Shown in pieces: positions 9,365 through 17,771 of a stretch of DNA of 59,483 bases. The stretch spans positions 1 to 59,483 of the forward strand of contig JBEIKL010000001.1 in the NCBI GenBank assembly GCA_040379745.1. Reading direction: 5' to 3'. Source of the stretch: Bdellovibrionales bacterium (GTDB lineage: Bacteria > Bdellovibrionota > UBA1018 > CAIMNF01). The notes below the pieces were generated by a model, which was not told where the DNA came from, did not search any database, and worked only from the letters and a program-made list of their open reading frames with translations. Position numbers and translations under genes: made by a program. Numbering within the stretch: the first letter of the stretch is position 1; every line of letters begins with the position of its first letter.

Positions 9365-10750
9365 TCAGGGGATGGGGATGAAAATCTCGGAAATATTCCT
9401 CATGAACCAATCCGCACACGGGTTTTTCGCGCTTTTCGCTGATTTCTTGAGCCGGTTCAGCATTTCATCGGTATTTGAGGAGAGCTTTTTCTGAAAATCA
9501 GGATCCCATTTTTGACCGGAAAGGGGTTCCTTCGCTTCCTGTGCCAAGCGATTGATCGAATCCTCACTGAGCCCGGCGTCCATCAGTCTGGACAGCGACA
9601 TCGAGTGATTGGATCGAACACCGAGGATGCCAGCGCCATCGCTACCGAGCGCCACTTTCATTCCGGATTTGTGGATGGATTCGATATTGCGAACCAAATG
9701 ATCGGTATAGGAACGGTTCAGGGTCAGGTTCGATTCCAAGTTCGCTTCAAAAACAATGTTCACGTTGTTCTTGAATTTGGCGAGTCTCTGGATGTCGTTC
9801 TTGCTCAGTCCCTGGATGTGACCAATGCGAAGGTTTTTAGGCATTTTACCGTTCTTTGCCGAGGTCTCCATCGCTTCCCAGAAATCATCATAGAACTGAC
9901 CACGATTGGTTTCCTCAAAACTGTGAATCCGGAGTGAGCTGTTCAACTCCGAACTGGTCTCGAATAATTGTTTCAAGCGCGAGTTCGTACTTTTTTGTCC
10001 AGTGCGCTCATAGATGCTTCCGGAGACATCCGCACCATGCAACCAACCTTCTTTCACGCCGGTTTCCAATTGGTGTTTCAGGTTTTGAAATGCCTTATCG
10101 CTTCCGTTGCCCAGGGTTTCCCGGGTGATGGAAAGCATGTTCTCGGTCATGTATCCTTTTTTACGATAAATCTCACCGATGGCTTTCAGTGTTTTTGCAT
10201 CCGCCAATTCCTGAGGGACGGAAAAAACGGTTTTGCTATTTTGCCAAATTCGGCCATTTTTCAAGCTGTTCTCGATTGAGTTTTTCAGGATCGAATGATC
10301 CTGATCCATCTTGAAAAAAAGTTGATTCCTTGTCGAGGCTGCGGCCAGATAGGAGTTTTTCGGATGCGCATGCCATGGTTCCAGGGCGAAAAAGCTTTTC
10401 ATCGCTTTTTGAGGAGTCACTCCGATTTTGCGCATTTGTGGCTTTTGGGCGATTTTTCGACAAAGACCATCGAAAGACTCTTCCCGGATCATCTTTTTCC
10501 ATTGGTCGTCCGTAAAAAGATCCTGCCCGAATCGGGCATGGAGATTGCTGATCATCCGATTGTTTTGCGAAATCAGACTCGATGCACGGTATTCTCCGAG
10601 GTAACCATCGGTCGCTTTCAGGATATCCTCAAAACGGGATTGATACTGGAGATGTTCATGCACGTTTCCAGCCCATGAGAATGGAATGGCAAGGATCGCA
10701 ACAGCAATCGACTCGAGCAAGACTCGATATGGATTCATTATCCTCATCAC
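9365..10750 (-). CDS. secreted adenosine-deaminase-like / amidohydrolase-superfamily protein (divergent), paralogue 2
   Basis: Signal peptide, then GNVHEHLQY, GADVSGSIYE, RIHSFEE, LRIGHI, FEANLESN and LGSDGAGI. It is alignable by eye with the neighbouring gene over its whole length. Confidence 0.5.
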   Translation of the reverse strand: MMRIMNPYRVLLESIAVAILAIPFSWAGNVHEHLQYQSRFEDILKATDGYLGEYRASSLISQNNRMISNLHARFGQDLFTDDQWKKMIREESFDGLCRKIAQKPQMRKIGVTPQKAMKSFFALEPWHAHPKNSYLAAASTRNQLFFKMDQDHSILKNSIENSLKNGRIWQNSKTVFSVPQELADAKTLKAIGEIYRKKGYMTENMLSITRETLGNGSDKAFQNLKHQLETGVKEGWLHGADVSGSIYERTGQKSTNSRLKQLFETSSELNSSLRIHSFEETNRGQFYDDFWEAMETSAKNGKMPKNLRIGHIQGLSKNDIQRLAKFKNNVNIVFEANLESNLTLNRSYTDHLVRNIESIHKSGMKVALGSDGAGILGVRSNHSMSLSRLMDAGLSEDSINRLAQEAKEPLSGQKWDPDFQKKLSSNTDEMLNRLKKSAKSAKNPCADWFMRNISEIFIPIP

Positions 10751-10874
10751 TGTCTGATCGGATTTGCAGGGTGGACGATCAAGCGCTGTTTTTTTGACGC
10801 CGCAGTCACGCCCCTTGAACAGGTATTTCGGGTTGATCTTGCGCCACTATCTATTGGTTGTTTAATATTATGGA

Positions 10875-11690
10875 ATGAAATCCCCGATCAAATACGTCGT
10901 TCCCGCCTTTTTGTTGATTGTTGTCGCTTGTGCAACTTCGCCCTTGGGGCGAAAGCAAATGCTCCTGCTCACCGAAAATCAGATGAACGATCTGGGGGCG
11001 AAGAGTTTCGAGGAATTGAAACAACAGACACCGATTGAAACCGACGCTGCCATCAATCAGTATGTGAAATGCATCACCACTCCGATCACGATCGAATCGG
11101 ACAAGCAGATCAAGGTGCCCAGTTGGGAAGTCGTGGTGTTCAAGAAGGATGAGTTGAACGCTTTCGCGCTTCCGGGTGGGAAAATCGGAGTCTATACCGG
11201 CATGATCAAAATGCTTCAGAACGATGCCCAGTTGGGTGCGGTGATCGGTCACGAAGTGGGGCACGTGATTGCCCAGCACGGAAACGAACGGGTTTCAGAG
11301 GGATTGGGTGCCAGAGCGGTATTTCTGGTGCTGGATTACCTGATCGGAAACAAGATGGAAAGAACCACGAAAAACACGATTTTTGTCGGACTGGGCATTG
11401 CCACTCAAGTGGGCGTGTTCCTTCCATTCAGTCGCACCCATGAAAGCGAAGCCGACGTCATCGGCTTACAGTTGATGGCAAAAGCCGGATTCGATCCGAA
11501 TCAGTCGGTTGAAGTGTGGAAGCTGATGAAAGCGAATTCAGGCACAAACCTTCCGGAAATTCTTTCCACCCACCCTTCGGATGATACACGCATTGCGAAC
11601 CTTTCATCCAAAATGCCCGAAGCGATGGGATATTACACAACTGCTCAAGCAGCCGGTCGGAAGCCGGTTTGTCCGAAACCGAAAATCTGA
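10875..11690 (+). CDS. M48-family Zn metallopeptidase lipoprotein (LoiP/YcaL-like)
   Basis: Lipobox LLIVVAC, the HExxH motif in GHEVGHVIAQH, and a downstream ESEADVIGLQLMAKAGFDP block. Confidence 0.85.
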   Translation: MKSPIKYVVPAFLLIVVACATSPLGRKQMLLLTENQMNDLGAKSFEELKQQTPIETDAAINQYVKCITTPITIESDKQIKVPSWEVVVFKKDELNAFALPGGKIGVYTGMIKMLQNDAQLGAVIGHEVGHVIAQHGNERVSEGLGARAVFLVLDYLIGNKMERTTKNTIFVGLGIATQVGVFLPFSRTHESEADVIGLQLMAKAGFDPNQSVEVWKLMKANSGTNLPEILSTHPSDDTRIANLSSKMPEAMGYYTTAQAAGRKPVCPKPKI

Positions 11691-11697
11691 TCCGGCA

Positions 11698-12162
11698 CTA
11701 TTGGGTTTTTTTCGGTTTTTTCCGCTTGATCATCTTCTTCAGGGCGATCAAGTGAAGGCCGAACGCTACCGTCCACAGTCCGCTGGCGATCAGGTGGATC
11801 GGAATCAGGATCTTCCGTCCGGTCTCATCGGCGGTTGTTTGTAGTACATACCCCGACCAGATCATCGGAACGATCAGGAACATCAGGATGCGTCCGGTGT
11901 GAATCTTCAGCTTTCCGAATTCGCGAACGGTTCCATTCTTCCAGCGCGACCAGATGTGGTTATGCCAGATCATACCGATGGCCAGTACCAGAAGTGGAGA
12001 AGTGATGATGTGCGCGTTGTAGGATACCACTTGCCACGGACTGGAGACGGGCGAGAATTCGTCCACGGGCTTGACGAAGTACTTGAACCACGCAAGGGCA
12101 AGGCCACTGCCGATGACCAACACATTGGTCACATTCTGGATGCGGATGTCCTGCTTCTTCAT
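11698..12162 (-). CDS. His-rich 4-TM inner-membrane protein, possible cytochrome b-like / DUF4405-like
   Basis: 154 aa with four hydrophobic helices. Conserved-looking His residues occur in or near them: NAHIITSPLL, WHNHIW, KIHTGRILMF, IPIHLIASGLW and FGLHLIAL. ATGA overlap with the upstream FMN-binding gene. Confidence 0.45.
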   Translation of the reverse strand: MKKQDIRIQNVTNVLVIGSGLALAWFKYFVKPVDEFSPVSSPWQVVSYNAHIITSPLLVLAIGMIWHNHIWSRWKNGTVREFGKLKIHTGRILMFLIVPMIWSGYVLQTTADETGRKILIPIHLIASGLWTVAFGLHLIALKKMIKRKKPKKTQ

Positions 12163-12716
12163 GGCATCGACCCTTTTTCTCGCAAAGCGAGGTGAATCGC
12201 AAGCACGCGTCTGGCGGCCTGAGTGGAGGCCTGGGCGGTGAGTGATGCTCCCGTCACGAATGGAATGCGCCGTTTGACTTCAAGATCGGCATTGAGTGGA
12301 GACTGATCGAATTTCCGGTACCACTGGTCTTTCGGCATGTATTCCAGAGGCTCTTCGAAGGCCAGTACTTCGAGATGACGGATTCGGTCTTCGGAATCGA
12401 CGATCAAGATGAGTGATTCCGTGTGAGACCGGACACGATGGGTGTCGGTGTAGGCGTACTCGTCCTTGCCGGTTTTTCTGTTTTTAGCGTGATAACGGAC
12501 CACCAGGGCACTCGGTGCCTCCAGTCCGGAAAGTTCCTTCGCTTTTCCGATTTGTTGCCGTGTCAGATAGCGGGTCTCCGGCGAGGTGGTCCATGAATCG
12601 CTTTCCGGAAATGCCGCATTCAGCGCTTCCTTCAGCGTGATGAACACCTTGGCCTGTGCGCAAGGCACAGACCAAGTGTTCATGAATAGCATCATCAGAA
12701 AAACCAAACGGTTCAT
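12159..12716 (-). CDS. periplasmic FMN-binding-domain protein, predicted ApbE flavinylation substrate
   Basis: I chose the ATG at 12716 (MNRLVFLMMLFMNTWSVPCAQA signal peptide). The N-terminal LKEALNAAFPESD and C-terminal IPFVTGASLTAQAS blocks match the FMN_bind [ST]GA[ST] flavinylation motif. Confidence 0.6.
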   Translation of the reverse strand: MNRLVFLMMLFMNTWSVPCAQAKVFITLKEALNAAFPESDSWTTSPETRYLTRQQIGKAKELSGLEAPSALVVRYHAKNRKTGKDEYAYTDTHRVRSHTESLILIVDSEDRIRHLEVLAFEEPLEYMPKDQWYRKFDQSPLNADLEVKRRIPFVTGASLTAQASTQAARRVLAIHLALREKGSMP

Positions 12717-12720
12717 ATGC

Positions 12721-14046
12721 TCAGAATACGAAGCCGACCGAGAGGTTCGCTTGGTCGACCGTCCTTCCTCCTGCAATGGTGAACCATTCATAATCGCCTT
12801 TCAACACAATCTGGGAAATGGGTTTGTAGTTGATGCCGGCCACCAGAACATTGATCTTGCTGGTGTCAATGAATCCGTAACCCGCTGGTACCGACTTCTG
12901 CGTGTTCACGAACTCGTAACGCGCGAATGGCATCAATGACTTGCCGTTGGTGTTTCCGTTCAGAAGATCGTATCCCGCTTGTACATAGGCCCCGAATTGT
13001 TCATCTCCCACCGAGTTCGCACCACTGACGCCCTTGAGTGAGTTCAATTGATCCACTTCCGACAGACGGGTCCAAGCGGCCAGTGCGCGAAAATCCCATG
13101 CATTCCACGTGTAATGGGTGTGGGCTTCCACCATGCGCATCGGGATCGAGTTGCGATCGGTTCCGGCTTTCGGCGTAGTCGTTGCTTCACCGACATAAGC
13201 CGACAACCCGGCGAGTAATCCCGGCACTGCGGTGTAGTCGGCACGACCAACCCAGGCGAACTGGTTGCCCATGACATAATCCTTGCGTTGTCTTCCCCCG
13301 CGGATACCCTCCGCCGCTGAGAAGCCGGATGCGTTCATACCGGTCACTAGGTAGGTTCGATAAGTAATTGGGCCGATGTCACCAAAAATACCCGCGCCGT
13401 TTTCCACCCAGGTGGTCGGAATGATCAGGGTTTCAACCAACGTCCGGTTGGAACCGAGGAAGGTCACGGGTTCGTGGGTTTCGTTGATCAAACCCACCGG
13501 CATCAGCATGCTTCCGAAGCGGAAATTCAATTCAGACGTGTGGAAGTGATCGAAGTAGAGGAACTCGATATAAATCGACTTTCCACCGTGTTCCCACTCG
13601 AGTTCACTGTTCATGACCCAGTCATCACTGAATTTGTAACCGGCGTAAAGAACCATGCGCTTCAAATCGTATTGGCTTTGGTACCCGTTCGGTAGCGAAG
13701 TGTAGCGTGAAAAACGACGCCCACTTTGTGTGGTTCCATCGGGATTGAAGCCACCCATGAATTGTTCGAACAGGAGTTCTCCGTAACCACCGAGCGAGAT
13801 CCCGGGCTTGGAGCGGTAGACTTTGGAGGCCGCAGGTCCGAGACCGTATTGCATCTGATCGGCCATCGGTTCGGCGGCAGCTGCACCCAGTTTCACTTTT
13901 TCGACTTCCTGGCCGATGATGTCCATCTGACGTTGCAGTTCTTCGATCCGGTCGTTGACCTTGTTGTCGGCCGCAAATGCAGATGCGGTGATCAGGGTGG
14001 TCAGGATGATGAGTGAAAGTGCGAGATTCGCAATCTTCTTTCTCAT
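12721..14046 (-). CDS. outer-membrane porin-like beta-barrel with an N-terminal coiled coil (OprO/P-like architecture)
   Basis: I chose the ATG at 14046 (MRKKIANLALSLIILTTLITASAFA). Coiled coil DRIEELQRQMDIIGQEVEKVK, then alternating aromatic/Gly-rich strands and a C-terminal ...ANLSVGFVF. ATGA overlap with the apbE stop. Confidence 0.55.
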   Translation of the reverse strand: MRKKIANLALSLIILTTLITASAFAADNKVNDRIEELQRQMDIIGQEVEKVKLGAAAAEPMADQMQYGLGPAASKVYRSKPGISLGGYGELLFEQFMGGFNPDGTTQSGRRFSRYTSLPNGYQSQYDLKRMVLYAGYKFSDDWVMNSELEWEHGGKSIYIEFLYFDHFHTSELNFRFGSMLMPVGLINETHEPVTFLGSNRTLVETLIIPTTWVENGAGIFGDIGPITYRTYLVTGMNASGFSAAEGIRGGRQRKDYVMGNQFAWVGRADYTAVPGLLAGLSAYVGEATTTPKAGTDRNSIPMRMVEAHTHYTWNAWDFRALAAWTRLSEVDQLNSLKGVSGANSVGDEQFGAYVQAGYDLLNGNTNGKSLMPFARYEFVNTQKSVPAGYGFIDTSKINVLVAGINYKPISQIVLKGDYEWFTIAGGRTVDQANLSVGFVF

Positions 14047-15104
14047 AGGTTTCTCTCTTTCTCTTTTTTGCAATGAGTGGGTTTGATCCATTTCAACCGA
14101 CTGATGTCGGCATCGAGCGGTGCATTCCAGTCACAACTGGTTTCCGCGATCCACTGGCCTTTTCGAGTTCCCGGTCTCAGGATCAAGATGCGCTCTTGAT
14201 TCCGATTCGCCCAATCCAGCGCTCTTTTCGCGCCCAGGACAAAAACCTTGGTGCGACAATCCGCTTTCAGCGCACTCGAATGAAGAACAGTGATGCTTCC
14301 TTCGTGCTCGATCGGTTTACCATTCAGTGGGTTCAGAAGGTGGCCAATTGTTTTCATGCGTCCGTTGACTACGGCAACGTTGCGATGAACCGAGTTGCTC
14401 GAAGTGGCAATTGAAGGAGCGTCGGTTCTGAAGGTGAGGAGGCGCTGATTGCGGTCTGATGGATTCGCCACATCAATCGGTCTTGGTCGGTTGCCGATCA
14501 TCGCAATTTGTCCACCGAAGTTCAAGAGAGCGTCTTTCACTCCGTTTTTTTTGAGATAGGCAATGGCCTCATCGAGTGCGGCGCCCTTGCCGAAGCCGCC
14601 TTCTTCAAAGCCGGCATGATTTGATTTTTTGGTGACCGAGAGAGTATTCGTTCCGGCGTTGAGTGTGAATTGAAAGTGTTTTGTTCCTGAATTCAAGAAA
14701 GCAGACTTCCATTCGGAATCGGCAGGCTGTTTTCCGCCGGTACGCATTCCCCATGCTTTCACCAAAGGGGCAAGTGCAGGGCTGAATGCCCGGTTGGTTT
14801 CGGTTTCGCACTCGACGGCTCCGCGCAAATCGGAAGACAATTCCGGCGAAAGCAAAACCGGCTGATTCGCAGGGGAGTGATTCAGACGTGAAAGTTCGCT
14901 CTCCGTTCTCCAGGTTGAAAGGCGATCTTCCGTGTTGCGGATGAATTTTAAAACCCCTTCACTGTGGGCAACGGCCAGTTCACGTGACAATCCCTCGAAC
15001 GAAATTGAAAGTTCCGTGCCCATGGCGAACACTTTCCGTTCGAACGGTTCAGCGTTCGCGGATGGGTTCATCACGACTAGAAAGAGAAATGCCAATCTGA
15101 GCAT
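14043..15104 (-). CDS. apbE: FAD:protein FMN transferase (ApbE family)
   Basis: Signal peptide MLRLAFLFLVVMNPSANA. Motifs GFEEGGFGKGAALDEAIAYLKKNG, NFGGQIAMIG and SIATSSNS. First gene of a four-gene overlapping operon. Confidence 0.8.
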   Translation of the reverse strand: MLRLAFLFLVVMNPSANAEPFERKVFAMGTELSISFEGLSRELAVAHSEGVLKFIRNTEDRLSTWRTESELSRLNHSPANQPVLLSPELSSDLRGAVECETETNRAFSPALAPLVKAWGMRTGGKQPADSEWKSAFLNSGTKHFQFTLNAGTNTLSVTKKSNHAGFEEGGFGKGAALDEAIAYLKKNGVKDALLNFGGQIAMIGNRPRPIDVANPSDRNQRLLTFRTDAPSIATSSNSVHRNVAVVNGRMKTIGHLLNPLNGKPIEHEGSITVLHSSALKADCRTKVFVLGAKRALDWANRNQERILILRPGTRKGQWIAETSCDWNAPLDADISRLKWIKPTHCKKEKERNL

Positions 15105-15110
15105 GAGGTC

Positions 15111-15138
15111 ACTATAGAGGTTTTCGGGAACGAGTCAA
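15111..15138 (-). promoter_or_regulatory. sigma-70-type promoter, TTGACT-16 nt-TATAGT, for the apbE operon; it predicts a leaderless mRNA
   Basis: The minus strand reads TTGACTcgttcccgaaaacctcTATAGTgacctcATG. Only 6 nt separate the -10 element from the apbE ATG at 15104. Confidence 0.45.
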
Positions 15139-15141
15139 GTG

Positions 15142-15164
15142 TTATTGATAACCATTATCAATAA
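15142..15164. promoter_or_regulatory. Fur-box-like operator
   Basis: TTATTGATAACCATTATCAATAA has perfect 10-nt inverted arms around CCA. The core TGATAACCATTATCA (15146-15160) matches the Fur 7-1-7 consensus TGATAATCATTATCA at 14 of 15 positions. It lies 3 nt upstream of the -35 element above. A weaker second box, GATTATTGACATTATC, is at 15201-15216. Confidence 0.55.
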
Positions 15165-15221
15165 GTAAACCAATCCCGTTGAGTGGTGCCATTCCAGCCA
15201 GATTATTGACATTATCGTGGG

Positions 15222-16667
15222 GTGAGCCGATCTGATATCCTGATGCGGATGATTCCGGCGAAGGATTGCCCCATCACTCCGATTTTAGCGCAGACACTCC
15301 GAAAGGGTTCCCGGTACCGCCGTTCGATCGCCTGGGGGCTTTTTCTGTGCCTGGTGTTTTCACCGGTTTCCATCTTTGCAAAACTTCCGGAATTCCCATC
15401 CGATTCCTGCGGTCTCAACTGTGAAAAGAAGAATGCCGAAAAGCTGCTCGAATCACTCGATCGGGTGAGCGAACCCACCGTCAATGCCTGTGAGCCCGTG
15501 GTGGAAGTACCGTCAGTTCCTGAAGGGATCCTCGGAGCCCGTGAACTCATGGCCCAGATCTATGGTTCTTGCGATGTCTTGAAGCTGCCCAACGTGGAGA
15601 ACTTCATCACTGCATTCGAAACCGTGCCGAAGCAGCCGTATCTGCATTGGGCTACTGATTCTTCCTGCATTAATCCCACTGCTTGTCGCACGTATCAAAA
15701 AACGGGGCAATTCAAGACCGATTCGTGCCTCAAGGCATCCTGCAATGCGGTCCAATATCCGCCGATGTATCTCATGGGTGGAAAAGTCAATGTAGCCAAG
15801 CCCGAGTCGAATTATGCGATCCATCCAGGCGGCGTGAGTGGTATCGATTGTTCCGGATTCGTTTCGGTGGCAATGGCGATGCGGGGATTACGACTGACTC
15901 CAACACAGAAGTCGAATGTCGCTCTCATGGGGACCGTGAATCTGATCGGTCTCGGTGCGCAAAAGCCGGTGGGAAATCCTGTGGATTGTTTTGATCGCCA
16001 GCAGTTCGCTCCGGGAGTGGCATCGGGTGATCTGATCGTTCAGGGGAGTGACCATGTGGTCATGGTCGATACAGTTGGAAAAGATCCTCTGGGATTCGAG
16101 GAATTCGTCAAGAACTCCTCTTTGGAAGACCTGTTTCAGGCTCATCAGAAGGCGAAGAAGGATCCTTCCGGTTCGTTGAATCTTCCGATTAACGATGTGT
16201 TCAGCGGCAAAAGCGTGAAAAAAATCGAGGATCAAGCCAAGCTACTTGTCAAATTTGCTGAAACGGTTTGTGACGAGCAAGTGGATGAGAAAAATTTCCG
16301 ATTCTCGATCATCCATTCTTCCGCCGCCAATCATCGGATCGGTGCACAGCGGGCACATGCGGCTCCGGGGTTACACGACGCCTTCGGATCCTTCATGGAG
16401 GAAAAAGGGGTTCAAGAGTGCATCGTGGCGCTGAAGAGAAAATGGGAAAAAGAACTGGCTGATCCGATGCTCATTGCAGCGGTTTCAAAGTACAAGACCG
16501 CCGACATGAAAACCTATGACCTGAATCTCAAGGTGAAACTCTTGCGCCACCGTCCCGATTACAAGGGATGCAAAGGAGAACCGTTCAAGCTTCAGTCTTC
16601 ACCGTGCAGTTCCTGTTGTGATCTTCATTCGACTTATGAGGGAATGAATCCGGAGGGATCGAAATGA
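15222..16667 (+). CDS. secreted or membrane-anchored NlpC/P60-family cysteine peptidase (cell-wall hydrolase-like)
   Basis: Hydrophobic anchor IAWGLFLCLVFSPVSIFA. The catalytic Cys context is GVSGIDCSGFVSVAMAMRG (Cys codon 15849-15851). The His context is GDLIVQGSDHVVMVDTVG (His codon 16053-16055), 68 residues later. The start may be the ATG at 15243 or 15249 rather than the GTG at 15222. Confidence 0.6.
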   Translation: MSRSDILMRMIPAKDCPITPILAQTLRKGSRYRRSIAWGLFLCLVFSPVSIFAKLPEFPSDSCGLNCEKKNAEKLLESLDRVSEPTVNACEPVVEVPSVPEGILGARELMAQIYGSCDVLKLPNVENFITAFETVPKQPYLHWATDSSCINPTACRTYQKTGQFKTDSCLKASCNAVQYPPMYLMGGKVNVAKPESNYAIHPGGVSGIDCSGFVSVAMAMRGLRLTPTQKSNVALMGTVNLIGLGAQKPVGNPVDCFDRQQFAPGVASGDLIVQGSDHVVMVDTVGKDPLGFEEFVKNSSLEDLFQAHQKAKKDPSGSLNLPINDVFSGKSVKKIEDQAKLLVKFAETVCDEQVDEKNFRFSIIHSSAANHRIGAQRAHAAPGLHDAFGSFMEEKGVQECIVALKRKWEKELADPMLIAAVSKYKTADMKTYDLNLKVKLLRHRPDYKGCKGEPFKLQSSPCSSCCDLHSTYEGMNPEGSK

Positions 16668-17137
16668 AGAATGTGTTCTTGTGGTGCTTGATGACTATGA
16701 CGGGATGGGCAGGGATGGCGCATGCTTACGACTGCTCCGATCAAAAGCGAATCACCTTGGAAATCATTGAGGCTGAGCTTTCGGGGATTCGCAGTCAGGC
16801 TTCGGACGACTTGCCATCGTGTTTTACCAAAAAAGAATTCAAGACGATTCGGACCGTCCATCAGCCATCCGGGGAATCGAATTTCCTGAAGCCTGAATAT
16901 CGGGTTCCGAAGACGGCGACCGTGAAGGTTTTGAGTGAGCCGGATCCAGCAGAAAATCGCCGTTTAATCGAAGTGAGGTTCTCCTATCCAACAATCGATG
17001 GAAGAACCATACAGGATGAGCTGCTTTATCGCAGGATTCCCGCCTCGCGCGCCCAGCGACGGGGGTGTGCGGAGATTTTGGCCATTCCACGACATTTCTC
17101 CTTGCGGGAAGACTGCACCACTCCGGCTGGTCAGTGA
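16664..17137 (+). CDS. hypothetical small secreted 4-Cys protein
   Basis: ATGA overlap with the NlpC/P60 gene stop. Signal peptide MKNVFLWCLMTMTGWAGMAHA. 157 aa with no recognised motif. Confidence 0.55.
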   Translation: MKNVFLWCLMTMTGWAGMAHAYDCSDQKRITLEIIEAELSGIRSQASDDLPSCFTKKEFKTIRTVHQPSGESNFLKPEYRVPKTATVKVLSEPDPAENRRLIEVRFSYPTIDGRTIQDELLYRRIPASRAQRRGCAEILAIPRHFSLREDCTTPAGQ

Positions 17138-17243
17138 CAAGTCTTCGGAATGACGTGCTTTTATTAATTAAACAAAATCGATTGACAAATTAAACGCAAT
17201 CCGTTAAACCTCTGCCAGACATTTTAAATCCTGGGAGAGGGAT

Positions 17244-17771
17244 ATGAAAACACTGAAAATCACACTGATGCTGATGGTGGCTTTGGCCGGAAACCTCGCA
17301 AACGCGAAGGTGGTCCGATTGGCCAATATCAGTCTTGGTTACGGCAAACTCGATGTGGGCGCGGGAAACGGCTACATCAGTGCACTGACTGATTCCAAAA
17401 ACCAGCTTTTGGGAATCTCGGTCAAAGCCCTTGCCGACCTCTTCGGGATCGAATCCAATATCTCCAAATACATCGAAGTGGGAAGTCTTGCCAAAGGCGA
17501 GTCCCAGCGGTTTCTGATGGATGGTGGAAAGAGTGCCATCCTCGTCATCAAGCCGAAGAGTGGTTTTACCGGTCAAGGCGGCCAAATCCAACTCAGTATT
17601 CTTACGACAGTAGGTTATATCCATGAAAATCTGGAAATCACCAAGGGTGCCCAAAGCGGACAGTATCGCATCTATCGTGGCGAGCAGATGATCAACCAGA
17701 TCGACCTGAATCTTCGTGGTTACAGCGTTGCTGAAATGAAGGTCGGCTGGTACGACTTGAAGTCCGAATAA
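17244..17771 (+). CDS. hypothetical secreted protein
   Basis: GGGAGAGGG lies just upstream of the ATG. Signal peptide MKTLKITLMLMVALAGNLANA. 175 aa, Gly/Ser-rich and beta-like. I prefer it over the 215-aa antisense ORF. Confidence 0.6.
   Translation: MKTLKITLMLMVALAGNLANAKVVRLANISLGYGKLDVGAGNGYISALTDSKNQLLGISVKALADLFGIESNISKYIEVGSLAKGESQRFLMDGGKSAILVIKPKSGFTGQGGQIQLSILTTVGYIHENLEITKGAQSGQYRIYRGEQMINQIDLNLRGYSVAEMKVGWYDLKSE

Noticed and set aside
15176-15191. TGGCAC on the minus strand (TGGCACCACTCAACGG) as a sigma-54 promoter for the apbE operon.
   Set aside because: The -12 position reads AACG rather than TTGC. A good sigma-70 promoter lies closer to the gene. Other TGGCAC occurrences (for example near 18616, 42715 and 49498) are inside coding regions with poor -12 elements.
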